From contig NC_045696.1 of NCBI RefSeq assembly GCF_009834535.1, forward strand, positions 72,046,001-72,110,000: a stretch of 64,000 nucleotides of DNA, written 5' to 3'. The translations under genes were made by a program, and so were the position numbers. This stretch comes from Camelus ferus. Taxonomy: Eukaryota. Below are positions 1 through 11,700 of this stretch, piece by piece (positions within the stretch are counted from its first letter, which is position 1; each line of letters starts with the position of its first letter). A model generated the notes under the pieces. It was given only the letters and a program-made list of their open reading frames with translations, had not been told where the DNA came from and made no database searches.

Positions 1-190
1 TCTGGCAAGGGAGGTGGTCATGGAGGCAAATGATTATCATATGATGTCATAAGTATAACAGAAGTGCATACAAGCTTCACAGAAGTGCAGAAGGAGAAGC
101 ATATCTACCAGCTGGAACCCAGGATGAGGTCAGGAGACAATTACAGAGAGGATGGTCTTTCAGTTGAGTACAAGGTCTTGGTAGAAAATA

Positions 191-435
191 CAGTGTGGTA
201 GTTAAGAGAATAAAGTCTGTAACCAGACTACCCAGGTTTAAATCCTAGCTCCATGACATGCCAGCTGAAGAACATTAGGCATGTTATTCCATAGTTTCTT
301 CCCTGCAGTTTCTTTCTTGGTAGAATAAGCATGATCACTGGGCATAGCTCATAAGGTTGAAGTGAGGATTATATGAATTAGGATGTGTTATGGGTTTAGA
401 ACGGTGCCTGGTACATGAAAAGTCCTCAGTCAGTG
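191..435 (+). mobile_element. MIR SINE
   Basis: gtggtagttaagag...ccaggtttaaatcctagctcc...gtgaggatt...tagaacggtgcctggtaca, matching the MIR core and tail. Confidence 0.75.
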
Positions 436-2729
436 TAACTCCAGGGATAGCAGAATGAGAGGCGGCAGACTTGGATTGTTAAAACGGAAATATGAGGTGC
501 ATTTGTGTGGAAGATGGTGGGAAAGGGCAAGATGAGTGGACAGATTATGGAGATAGAGTCTTATACTCCACACCAAGGAAGCGCATGTTGATGGAGCCCC
601 TGGGGAATTTTAAGAATGAAATTAAGATTTATGTTACAGCAAGAGAACTCTGGAGCAGTGGAAAAAGAGTAGAGTCCAGAAGATTATTTAAGAGGCCACT
701 GATGGCTGAGGGATAGAGGACAGACTGAAGATTCAAAGTTATTTAGGAGGTAAAACTGATGAGGTTTGGTGAGTGATTAGATTAAGGGGAATGGGGTAGA
801 AAGAGTTGTGTATGCTGTGGATGATTTGGTAAAAACACAGGAGGAAAAGCAGCTTTGGGGCTATAGTTTTGGATTTTCAAGATTGTCAGGCCTGTGGAAT
901 AACCAAATTTAGTGTGTAGGCCTGCCACTCAGGAGCTGGAAGTCAAGATTTAGGACTCCTCAAGATATAAGTAGTAGTTGACATTGTGGGAATGTGAGTC
1001 AGAGCATGACACAGCTTGTATACAGGAAGAGATTCAGGGATAGTTCTGGAAAGCCCACCATTTAAGAGCCAAAGAGAGCTGAGCCAGCAAAGGAGAGTGG
1101 TCACAGAGGAAGGAGGAAATGTAGAAGAAAGTGGAATCATGGAAAATGATGAGAGGAAATTTAAAGAGGAAGTGTTCAAATACAGGAGAGAGGTCAAGTA
1201 GAATGAGAACTAAGAACTGCTCCCTGGACTTGGCAGAAAACTCACGAGCTATTACCTCTGTGAAGTATAACAGTGTGGAGAAAGAGGGACAGTGAATCCT
1301 CTTAAGACCCTAGCTGTTAGTTAATATTTCAGGGAAACACTAGGTGAAATCCTGGAGAACATCCATGGATGTGGTCCAGCTTCAGGATTGCTGCACCAGG
1401 CAGATCTGGCCTGTCCTCGCAGAGCTGTTCTTCCAGAGCCTAGCAAGGACACTGGCACAGTAATATCTAAAGGTTGGTGGAAAGAATGGATGGATGGTCA
1501 GTGGTGGCCAGGGAACTGTCTTGGTCGCGTCGTGGGAGCTCCGGATACATGGCTGCTTCAGGAAGTGTCAGAAGGCCCCCAGGAGTTGCCAAAGAAGTTC
1601 TGTTGCTTTGATAAGAATTTCAAAGTCGTGAAGTTGTGGAATTGATCCAGCAGCTTATGCCTGCGCTGGGGGGGAAAGGCTGTTGGTGATGACAGTGATA
1701 ACAGGTGAGAGTGAAACACTAAGGTTGGTTCTGTTCTGAAACACAGTTTTCAGTCTTAGACGTGATTTTCTGATGTTTGCTTTACTACTTGTTTTCTTAT
1801 TCCCTTTCTTCGTGTGTAGAAGTGTCTGATCTCTTCAATTGGATAGTCAATTTCTTAAGGGCAGCGACTACTCCAAAGAGTTCTTTGTACTCCCTGCATC
1901 ACATACTAGTCTACTTGACCCCCAGCGCAGAATCCTGGTATCCTCACCCTCAACAGCCTTAGAACCAAGATTAGGTCAAGCCTGACATCGAGCCCCAGAG
2001 GAAAAAAAAAGTTCGTCACTTCCCAAAACTTATCCTAGGAAGGTACAACTAAGCTGATATTTAGACAAGTAGTAGGCACTGATACCGCAACTTCCGCCAC
2101 CAGCGGCATGCTCTCACAATCCGCCGTCCTCCTCACCTGGAACCCTAGGGCCATACCACTGGTTTTCCTGTGGACACAGGTCTGGGAAGAAGCTGTGTCA
2201 CACTAAAGGGCATTACGGCTCCCACACGGCTCAGACTAAGGTCTCCCCTGGCACGTCCCTGTGGGGGACCTGATGCAGTCCAAATACTGGAACTTGGGGG
2301 AAGGTGAAGAAGAAAACACTGGAGTGGAGGTGTTTTTACTTTTTCTTCCTTTTTTTTGTATTGATGCGGAGGAGTGGTTTGGGACGGATCTAGCGCCTCA
2401 GTCATAGCCCTTCCAGTCGCCCCCAGCTGCTCAAGGTACTGCCCTTCTCGAGCCAGTGTAGACACGGCCCTGTCTGTCGTACGGCGGAAGGAGAGCGTAG
2501 GAAGCGGAGGTGGTATCCCCCGGCCCTTCACCCCGCCAGGCGCGGCGGGAGGATGTCGGCGCGCGCAGCGCGTGCGTCGCCCCCCCCTGCCCCGTCCGCG
2601 TCCCCCGCCCGAGGGAGACCCCCGCGCCCGGGGGAAGCCCCGCGCCGGGCGTCCGCTGCCCGTCTCAGTCCCTCCGCCTCCCGGAGGCCCGGGGCTGCCT
2701 CCTCGGGACGCGCTGGGGCCGCCCCGCAC

Positions 2730-2740
2730 TGCGCATGAGC
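2730..2740 (+). promoter_or_regulatory. NRF1-like site
   Basis: TGCGCATGAGC, one mismatch to YGCGCATGCGC, about 100 bp upstream of the ATG. Confidence 0.5.
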
Positions 2741-2766
2741 GGGAGCCCGGCGAGCCCGTGAGAGGA

Positions 2767-2784
2767 GCCGCCGCCGCCGCCGCC
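2767..2784 (+). repeat. (GCC)6 trinucleotide repeat in the 5' UTR/TSS region
   Basis: gccgccgccgccgccgcc read directly. Confidence 0.9.
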
Positions 2785-2837
2785 GTCCATTCGCTGCGGA
2801 GCCGGAGGAGGAGGGGAGAGGCCTGGAGGACACCAAC

Positions 2838-2840
2838 ATG
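2838..2840 (+). CDS. DCUN1D1: DCUN1D1 coding exon 1 (start codon only)
   Basis: caccaacATG|gtgagg within the CpG island; phase 0 join to exon 2 gives M-N-K-L-K. Confidence 0.92.
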
Positions 2841-5740
2841 GTGAGGCACTGCGGCCGCCCGCCCCGCCGGCTGGGGGCCGGCGCAGCCGCGCACCCCCGC
2901 CCCGGCCGCCCTCCGCCCCGCGGCGACCCCGCCGCCCCGAGCCTCGGCCCGCGGCCTCGGTCCGCTCCCCGGCGGGGCTCTCCTCCTCGCCTCTCCCTTC
3001 CTCCTTCGCCCCTTCCCGCCCGGGCGCCGCCGCTACGCGAGAGCCGAGGAGGCGGAGCGGAGCGGGGCCTAGTCGGGAGCCCCGGGGAGTTTGGGGCGGG
3101 GGGAGCGGTCCCCGGTGCCCCTCACCGGGGCACGGCGCCGCGGGGGGAGGTGTTGGGGCGGGGGGAGGGGAGGGGGCAACGGCCCGGCCCCTGACCGGCC
3201 CCCTCGCCGGCTCCATTGTGTCTGGCCGGGGTCCGGGGTCCGGGGTTCCGGGTGAGGAACCTCCCCCTCCCCGGAGCCGGGGCTTCCCCCTCCGCCCCGC
3301 CGGCGAGAAGGGAAGACTTTCCCGGCGCTCCTCTCGTTCCTCCGCTCCGGCTCCAACACCCCTCAAGTCTCCAGGCAGTTTTGCTTGGGGCGGGGTATCA
3401 GCCCTCTTCCTTTCTCCATCACCTTTCGCTGCGTCCCATGCTTTTGGAAAATGGGAGTTTCACTGGCCAGTTGGTGGAGGTTATATTTACCTCTGTGCTG
3501 AGAACATGGGAGACCGCTGAGCTAGGGGGACGTGGGGGGAGGGCGGAGTACGGAAGTGCAACCTGTTCTCATTTCGTAAAATTAGGAGAAACAGACTTGC
3601 TACCTTTTGAGCACATACTTTATTTGCTTGAGGCGGGAGCAGTAATTGCTTTATTATGTCAGTTAAAGACCATTTGTGATTTTTAAAAAATAGTTTGTCA
3701 AGTTATTTCCCTCTCCTTTTTTGTTCGGAAAATGTCTTAACGAGCTTAAAGGCGTGGGATTCAAGTTATCTGGTTACATTTTGGTAATTATATACCTGAC
3801 TCTTAAACTTTTTTGTTTTTCAGAAGCGATGTTTGGCATTATAGTCGCAGCATGAGTTGAATTCCATGCAGGTTACTGTATGAATAGACAGTAAAAATGA
3901 TGTCCTTTTGCTCATGGGGAACATAAAGGCCTCTTTGAGGAGGGTGTATGTGTATGTCTGTGTTAAGGGAATGCCCCAGTGTCTTTGTTTTTAGCTGGTC
4001 TTTTTTCTGCTGAGTGACACTTATCTACTCTCAGCCTCCAACTTGGCATAATTTTGGTGTCATGTATGGTTATGTGGTTTAGTTTGCCATATACTCAAGA
4101 CTTATGTTCTGTAGTAAGTTCCAGGAAAATTTACCATTTGTATTTGTAAGAAAACTTTGCTATAAAGTATAGGTTAATGTTTAAATTGATATTGCAGTGT
4201 TCAAAGATCCACCACGGTGTCTAAACAGTTTCCAATTTCTAAAGTATTTTGACGGTCATAGACATTACTCCTAAAGTTTCCAGATTCTTGGCGTGTAGTT
4301 GAGTAGTAAGCTTGAAGTAATGAAATGCAATTCCCTGGTAAACACTCTGTGAGAGTACTGAAATGTGTTCTGTTTATCATAGTCTCCAAATCAACATCAA
4401 CCTTTAGAATCCCAAGGCCTTGATAATGCTGATTACCTGCTCATGAATTCAGGATTCATGTGGTTCATATACTAGAGTTCAGCTTGGATTGGAACTTGTA
4501 ATAGTCTATCCTTTTGCTAATATTAAATTAGCTAGTTTTGGAACTTAGCCATAACTCATCTAATTACACCATTGCTGACAAGATACCACTAATTTAAAAC
4601 ACTTTCTGTGGCTGAACTCAGATCATGTCACTAGAATTGTCTTGGTATGCTCTTGTTAGTTTGGAAGCTAAATCATCGTGGGCCCTAATAAGAAGTTAGG
4701 CCAAAAAGAATTTTTTAGTTAAGTTTTTCGTTATAAATTTATAATTTCTTGATGGTTTTTAGACTAATGTTTTTCAGTGTGTGTAATGCAGCCCATTTCT
4801 AGAGCAAATTGCTGTATTGTGAGTTCTGGGGCAAGCTTAAATAATGAGATACCTGAAATGTTTTTCATAAGAAAAAATTGTTCATTTAGGTTATCTGACA
4901 CACACATAGAAAGACCAAAAATAACTTCAAAATTAGACAATAATTCTGTTACTCCTAAATATTTTTTAAAAAGTGTTCAAAATTTCAGGCTTATTTACTT
5001 ATTTATAAGATGACAGGATTTAATGATTTCTAAAGTTCAATTCAGTTAAAATTTTTTATTTTAATGATTTTTATTCTCTGTGTGAGAAGTATGTGGCCTG
5101 TGTAACCTCTACTAGATTTTTATAGACTCACAGCATCATAGAATTTTTAGATCTGAAATGGCTTCAGAGATCATCTCATTTACTCCTCTTTTACAGAAGA
5201 AGAAATTGAGGATCAAGGAGGTTTTGAGGTTCAAGTTTGCAAAATTGTTATTTGCAGAACTGAAACTAATTTTTCCTGGTTTTACTATTTCCCCCAGTAT
5301 TTGTGGTACATACAATCTTTTAACTCACATAAAATCTAGAGAAATGGTTGAAAATTGGATTTGAAATTATGTTACTCATTTAAACAGGAAAAACCCAAGT
5401 ATTATTAATGAAAATTTTAAATAACAAAAGTCAATTTAATGGATGATTAATGATGTTAATTAACTATGTTTTTAATGTTTTTTTTAAAAGGTGTGGACTT
5501 TGAAATTTCAGATTATGTTTTCAATAAATCATAAGTTCACATGAATGTAGGCCTTTTCAAGGTTGACACTTTAGAACCTGTTTCACATTCTTTTGCATAC
5601 ACATATGTAAATTAAGGGAGGGCCTTAATTCATTTTAATCTTTATTTCTTAAACATCTACTATGTGCCAGGCACTGTTCTAGTCTAGCATTGGATATGGA
5701 GATACGGATATACACACAGCTATCTATCTATCTATCTATC

Positions 5741-5772
<32 letters not shown>

Positions 5773-8700
5773 CACTGAAAGGTTAAAAATCCCTGCTCTG
5801 GTTAAGAGTTACATTTTAGTAGGGAGAGACATAAATAAACACAGTATGTATTTTTCTTCCTATGTTAGAAGGTGTTAAGTGCTATGAGAGAAAAGCCGTG
5901 TAAGGGAGGGGAATTGGGAGTGCTGGGGCACAGTGGAAGTGGTGTTGCAAAATGGTACTTGCAGCACTGATGAGGTGAATTTTGAGCAGACTAGATGAAA
6001 GAGTAAACCACGCAGAAATGTGGTCAAAGAGGGTTTGAGGAACAGTGAGGCCTGTGTGGCTGGAGCATCTTGTGGAGGGGAGAGGGGCATGTTGGGCACT
6101 GGAGCAGATGAGGTCTGAGGGGTAAGGAGTGGAAATGGGCATGGGTGGGCATTGTAGGTTTATTGGGTTTTTATTTCAAGAGAATGGGAAGCCACTGAAG
6201 GATCCTGAGTGATACGGTAGACTTTGTTTCTGCTGTCTCTTAGTGTCCTATTACAAGTATAGATAATTACTTTCAAAGCAGTTTTAAAAGACAACAAAAT
6301 TCTTTTTGTAGTTTTCTTTACCATGTAGCTTCTGTCCACAGAGTTTTGAATTCTAATTAAGATGACTGTCCAATATTCAATAAAAACTAGTTTGACCATC
6401 GAGTTTACCTAGCCAGGCTAATTAATAAACACAGCATCACAATCTCTTTCATAGATTGCTTTTGAATATGTTTTAGTAGTTGGCATGTTGTTTAATGGCT
6501 ATTTGCAGAAAACTGGGTCTTTGGGGAGAAAGGATCACATTAACGTTTGTTGAGAACATACTGTCTGCTAGTCAGACAGTTCAAAGTGTTATTTCAGCTT
6601 CACTCCAGTTTGTGGGATAGATATTGATACCTCCTTTTAGCATATCTGGAAAAAGAGGTTTAGTGGTTCTAGAAGAGTTGACCAAGGTAAAGAGCTAGTT
6701 CGTGACAGCAGGGATTAGAAGCCTGGTTTCTGGTTACACACTTTATCTACCCCTTCTCTCTCTCTTTTTTTTTTTTTTAAAACACTGCAAGGACCCTTTC
6801 TTTATAGGTGTGGAATTTTTGATTAGTTTCAGTATGGTTTATTCCTTATATTGTTTCTGTATTGTATCAAATCAGATGATCTGATGTAAATGTTTCAAGT
6901 AATTGAAAAATTAGAACTCTTGGTACATATGGTAAGAAAAAATTGAAAGTTAAAATTAACTTGTGGTCAGTTTTTTTGTTTTGTTTGTTTTAAATGAGCT
7001 GAGCTCATTTGAGTTAAGTGGCTCTTTTGATTATGGCTTCATAGGCCAGGTCAAGCATAAGGAAAACCTGTGAGAAAGCCCCCTTTTAAATTTCAATGTG
7101 AGTTGTTCAAGTTGTGATAGTATTAACCATGACATTTGATGAAGAGAAATAGTTCCAAATAGGATTCAGTTGCTTTGTGGACACAAACAAGCTCTTGAAT
7201 AACCTGCTGACTGTCTAGTTTAGCTAGTCACTTTAGGTGTATATCCCCTACCTAAGAAGAAGCAAAAAACAAAAGGGGAAAATGTCACTGAAGTGCGTTT
7301 CACAACTTTGTTGAACCCATTTTATATAATTAGTACCTAATCATTTAGAGTCATTGGGCTGCTTATTTGCATTGTAAAATGTTGAGAGAGTTTTTCTTTT
7401 AAGTAGTTCCTTTCTACAGAATTCTATTGCATTACACTTTTGAATCCCTCAACACTGGACATAGTGTTCAGCAGTAGAGATAAGTTGAAGTACATGGCTC
7501 ATTCCTTTGTTGTATTGGAATATTTTTATTTCAGTAAATATTTAGAGCACTTATTTATTATTCATAGGATTGTAATATTTCTGGATTTAAGATTTGAGTA
7601 GATACCGGATCTTAGAATTAGGAGATTTTATTTTTTAAGGATCATTTATTTTTATGTAACAAATATCCATGACTTTTGAATGCCAGTTGTTACTAGAAGT
7701 TCTTTAACTATAGAACTTAAAAAATCTCATTTAATTCTTTGTTTGTTTGTTTAGTTTTCACCTCAGTAATCTTTTTGTTAACTTGAGATTTCTTTACAAA
7801 AGATATTTATGGAGAGGGGAGGCAAATTTAAATTAGTTATCTTGACTGCTTGTTAGACTTTCAAAGCAATAAGTTTGGGAGAATTCATTTGAAATATGAT
7901 GGTTAAAACAAGTATTTTAAGGGGCTATTTCTATCCTATTACCAAAATAATCAGGAATTAGTGAAAATAACTGTTTTTAATAGTCAAAGCAGTCTTCTTT
8001 AAACCAAAATCAAAACACTTATTCCATTTATAGTGGTAGTCATCTTTTGAATAATACTTCTGAGGGTGGAGTAGAGAAAATCCTTTAAATTTCCATTAAT
8101 GCTGTGTATTTTTTTTTAAAGCTGTGAGGAGGGGTAGGGTACAGCTCCAGTGGTAGAGTGCATGCTTAGTGTGTATGAAGTCCTCAGTTCAATCCCCAGT
8201 ACCTCCTCTAAAAATAAATAAATAAACCTAATTACCCCCTCCCCCCACCACACGCAAAATCAAGAATCTCAGAGTGGGCTCTGAATGATAAAATTCTCCC
8301 TTAAAAAAAAAAAAAACCTATGAGAAAAATCCTTAAAGACATACAAAATCTTAACAAGTATACTTAATGAAATATTTTTTCAGGTGATTTACCATTTAAA
8401 ACATCATTGGGTACAGTGATTACATAGTGTAGTATATTATGCCACATTTGACTTAGTAGTTGAATGCCTCTCAAGAGTTCATTTTATTTTATTTTGTGTG
8501 TGTTAGTTGCATTTATGATATATACAATAGAAAGTTATTTAAAAGCATTTGTTTCTCCCCACACCTGTTAGGTAACCCCTTAAGAATCATAGACTCTGCA
8601 TAGAGAAAGGGGGAGTTCAATTGTCATTCAAAGTGCGGGAAGTTTACAAATGATCTTTAGAGCCACAGGCCTACCATAAGTAATTATCCTAAACTGCGGA

Positions 8701-11700
8701 TTTTAATGCACATGACTACTGAAAAATGTTTGTTTTGCTTAATGTTTGAAATTGTACACATTGATTTATATTTTCTGGCTATAACCTGTACATGTTCTGT
8801 ATTATCTCTGGGTTTCAAGCCTTCTTATTGGAAAAGGAAACCTGACTTTCAGTGACACCAATTTTCCACCTCTTAGTATAGTTAAGGCTATAGATTGTGG
8901 CCATCTTTTAAAAAATAGACTATGACAGGACTATAAACACATCTTCCTTCCTGCTGAATTATACATCTTAAAAATAACCTTCCCCCAAAATCCTACAAGG
9001 AAATTTTATCCCTAAATTAGCTTTTTAGTAAGTAAGGGAATGCTTAATGGTCAATTTTTAGTCAGAATGCAAATTGTTTACATTTGAAAGGAAAAACAGT
9101 TGATTACTTATTTAACGTTTCCATAAAAACAGGTAAAGAAATATTGTTCAGAATCCACCCCCCCTGCCCCCAGTACACACAATAATTAGTCAGTGGTTGC
9201 ACTTTTGCCCTTTTTTGATTTGTCTTTCACTTGACGACAGTGTAGAATAAATGGAAAGACTGCATGCCTTGAAGCCAGGCACCAGAGTTTCATTTCTGGC
9301 TCTGCTACTTTTTGGATAATTCTGTCCCTAGATAAATCGAGTTCTGAGGCTTGGTCTCCTCATTGGTAAAACAGACTCAGTGATCACCACCTTGCAAAAT
9401 TGTTAATAATTAAATACCTAGCACAGAATTGGCACCCAGTAGGAGCGCAAATAAATGTTAGCTGCTAGTTTTCTGATTATGGTGGTGGTTTTTCTTATCA
9501 TCGCATTTACATAAAATTACTCTTTTCTCCAGTATCCTTTCCTTTGTGGACTTATAAGGAGTCCTTACTATGTGCTAGTTACAGTTCTAAGAGTTTAACC
9601 TGAATTAATTCATATAACCTTCACACCCTGTTTACAGATGGAGTTGAAGCACACAGAGATTAAGTAATTTTCCTGAAGTCACACAGAAAATAGGAGGCAC
9701 AAGTGGGATTAAAATCCTGCCAGTCTGGTTTGAGAGTCTGCACTCTTCACCTCTCTGTGCAGGTAGAAGGAAGAGAACTTCTAGCTGCAGCTACCTAGAT
9801 TCTTAGCCTGACTTTCCTGTAGAACTTTGCCCCAAGGTGAAAGTCTTTTCTAGGAGTAGGTAGGCTGGTTAGTTGAATTGATTTTTCTTGCACTTTTGAC
9901 TTCAGACCTATAATCTGTGAGAAGGCCTTTTATAGATGAGTGGTTTGGAATATTGTTTGTATTTGGCTACATTTGCTGAATACTATGTATCATATATAGA
10001 AAGTAGGATTTTCTGGACTCAAACTAGCTCCTCTAAATTTCAGATGAAGTTTAACTGTTAATCACATGGTAAACATATGAGAACACTATATACAGAGCTT
10101 TTAATGAAAATTATGGGTGATTATTACAGTGTTTTGATTTTTTAAAATACTACCTTTTATGAGCTGCATTTGTCAAATCCTAAGATAGCTAGAATTGAGT
10201 TAGAAAAATAATTTCTTTAAAAATATAAAGGCCTTGGTGTCTTTCTGGAGTTTAGACTGAATTTGAAACTTACGGTTGAGAAGGTGAAAATTCAGAATAG
10301 AAGTAGTAAAATGAATCTTAATTTTTTGCTTTTGGAAATGTCACCCATTAAAATTGTTTTATTTTGTAATTGTTAGAACATAGTTAACTAGAAAATTATT
10401 TTCTATGTTACTTTTCTTATGAAAGGGATTTCTTTATGATCATTATTTTTTATTATAGAACCTTTCTGAAATCCCTGTTCTTCTATCACAGCAGACTTTA
10501 TAAGTTCAGTGGTTAAATATACTTATATATGATACTTGGCTACATCCAAACTATTTGTCTGAATTCTGATTTCTTTCCCAGATAAACTGTTATTTCAAAT
10601 GTAATTCTTAAATTTCTTGAGTGGAAAAAAATTGCAAACATGTGCTAGATTTAAGTATTAAACAATATATATTGATAACCAGATACTTTTTTTTTTTTGC
10701 GAAAGTGAGCAAAGAAGTGCTTTTTACTGTCCAGATGATGATGATGATGATGATGATGATAATAATATAATATATAATATATAATAAAATATTATAATAA
10801 TATAAAATTATTATTATTATTATCATTTCTAACTTTGTTAATCTTTGATACAGTTGATACTAGCTTTCTATTACATGAGACTGCATTTTTTCTTTTTATC
10901 TCTCCCCCTTTTCTCTCTCCCTCCCCCTTTTTTGCTAGAATTATATATAATTGGAATATATTCTGTATTTTGTACATTTTACATACTTAACCAATATTGA
11001 ATTTCCTTGAAAAATTGATACTCTAGATAGTTTTCACATTTGAGTACTGAAGATTGTATTGCCCAAACTTATTTGATGACCCGTCTAGTTTGTTTTTTTA
11101 AAACGGTCAAAGTAAATAGCATGTACTACATTTGAGTGCTGAATCATTGTAGTTATCACATGTTTTTGCTCTTAGGAAGATACCCACTGGGCTTGTAGTA
11201 GAAATACAGACAGACCATCTGTTTTTCTTCTTCCACCTCAGTTTTCTATTTACCCTCTCATCCCCTGTAAAATAATTCTCTGCTGACTAGATACTCTTTT
11301 TCTCTTCCTTAAGTTGATAGAAATTTAAACCTTTAAGCCACGCTCTCAAAATCCAAACACCTTGCCTGGTGCCCTCAAGTGGCCTGGGGAAAGTGAGTGA
11401 GAGTGTTGCAGCTCTTCTAAAGTAGGCTTGGGAAAGGGGCAGGTCTGGGTAGCCCAATCCACCTTTCCTCTAGGACAGCCTTTGGGACTGCAGAATTGAG
11501 TACATCCTCCCTAGTAGGAGAGCAAGTGTTAAGATTTATTCTGGGCACCACAAACGGACAGAGAAATGGTCAGAGTGCGTTGTAAGTACAAGAAAAGAAA
11601 GGGTAGTTATCAGACTTTTCAGGAATGGAATTGCTTGTTACTACTACTTGGCCTAGCAGGAACTCATACTGTCACTTCTCTGCCAGTTATCACTCATTAG

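Larger units (their letters stand above)
2370..3560. promoter_or_regulatory. CpG island promoter of DCUN1D1
   Basis: Very GC- and CpG-rich against an AT-rich, CpG-poor background; spans exon 1; contains multiple GC boxes. Confidence 0.93.

Noticed and set aside
1388..1710. 85-aa ORF and a CAG|GTGAGA donor at 1704/1705 as a possible upstream exon
   Set aside because: No recognisable homology and no supporting acceptor or promoter; such donors are frequent by chance
2145..3686. Many overlapping 60-250 aa ORFs on both strands
   Set aside because: They are Pro/Gly/Arg/Ala-rich, stop-poor frames expected in a CpG island, with no recognisable domain
10608..10826. Poly-Ile ORF
   Set aside because: It is the translation of the (GAT)n/(ATT)n microsatellite
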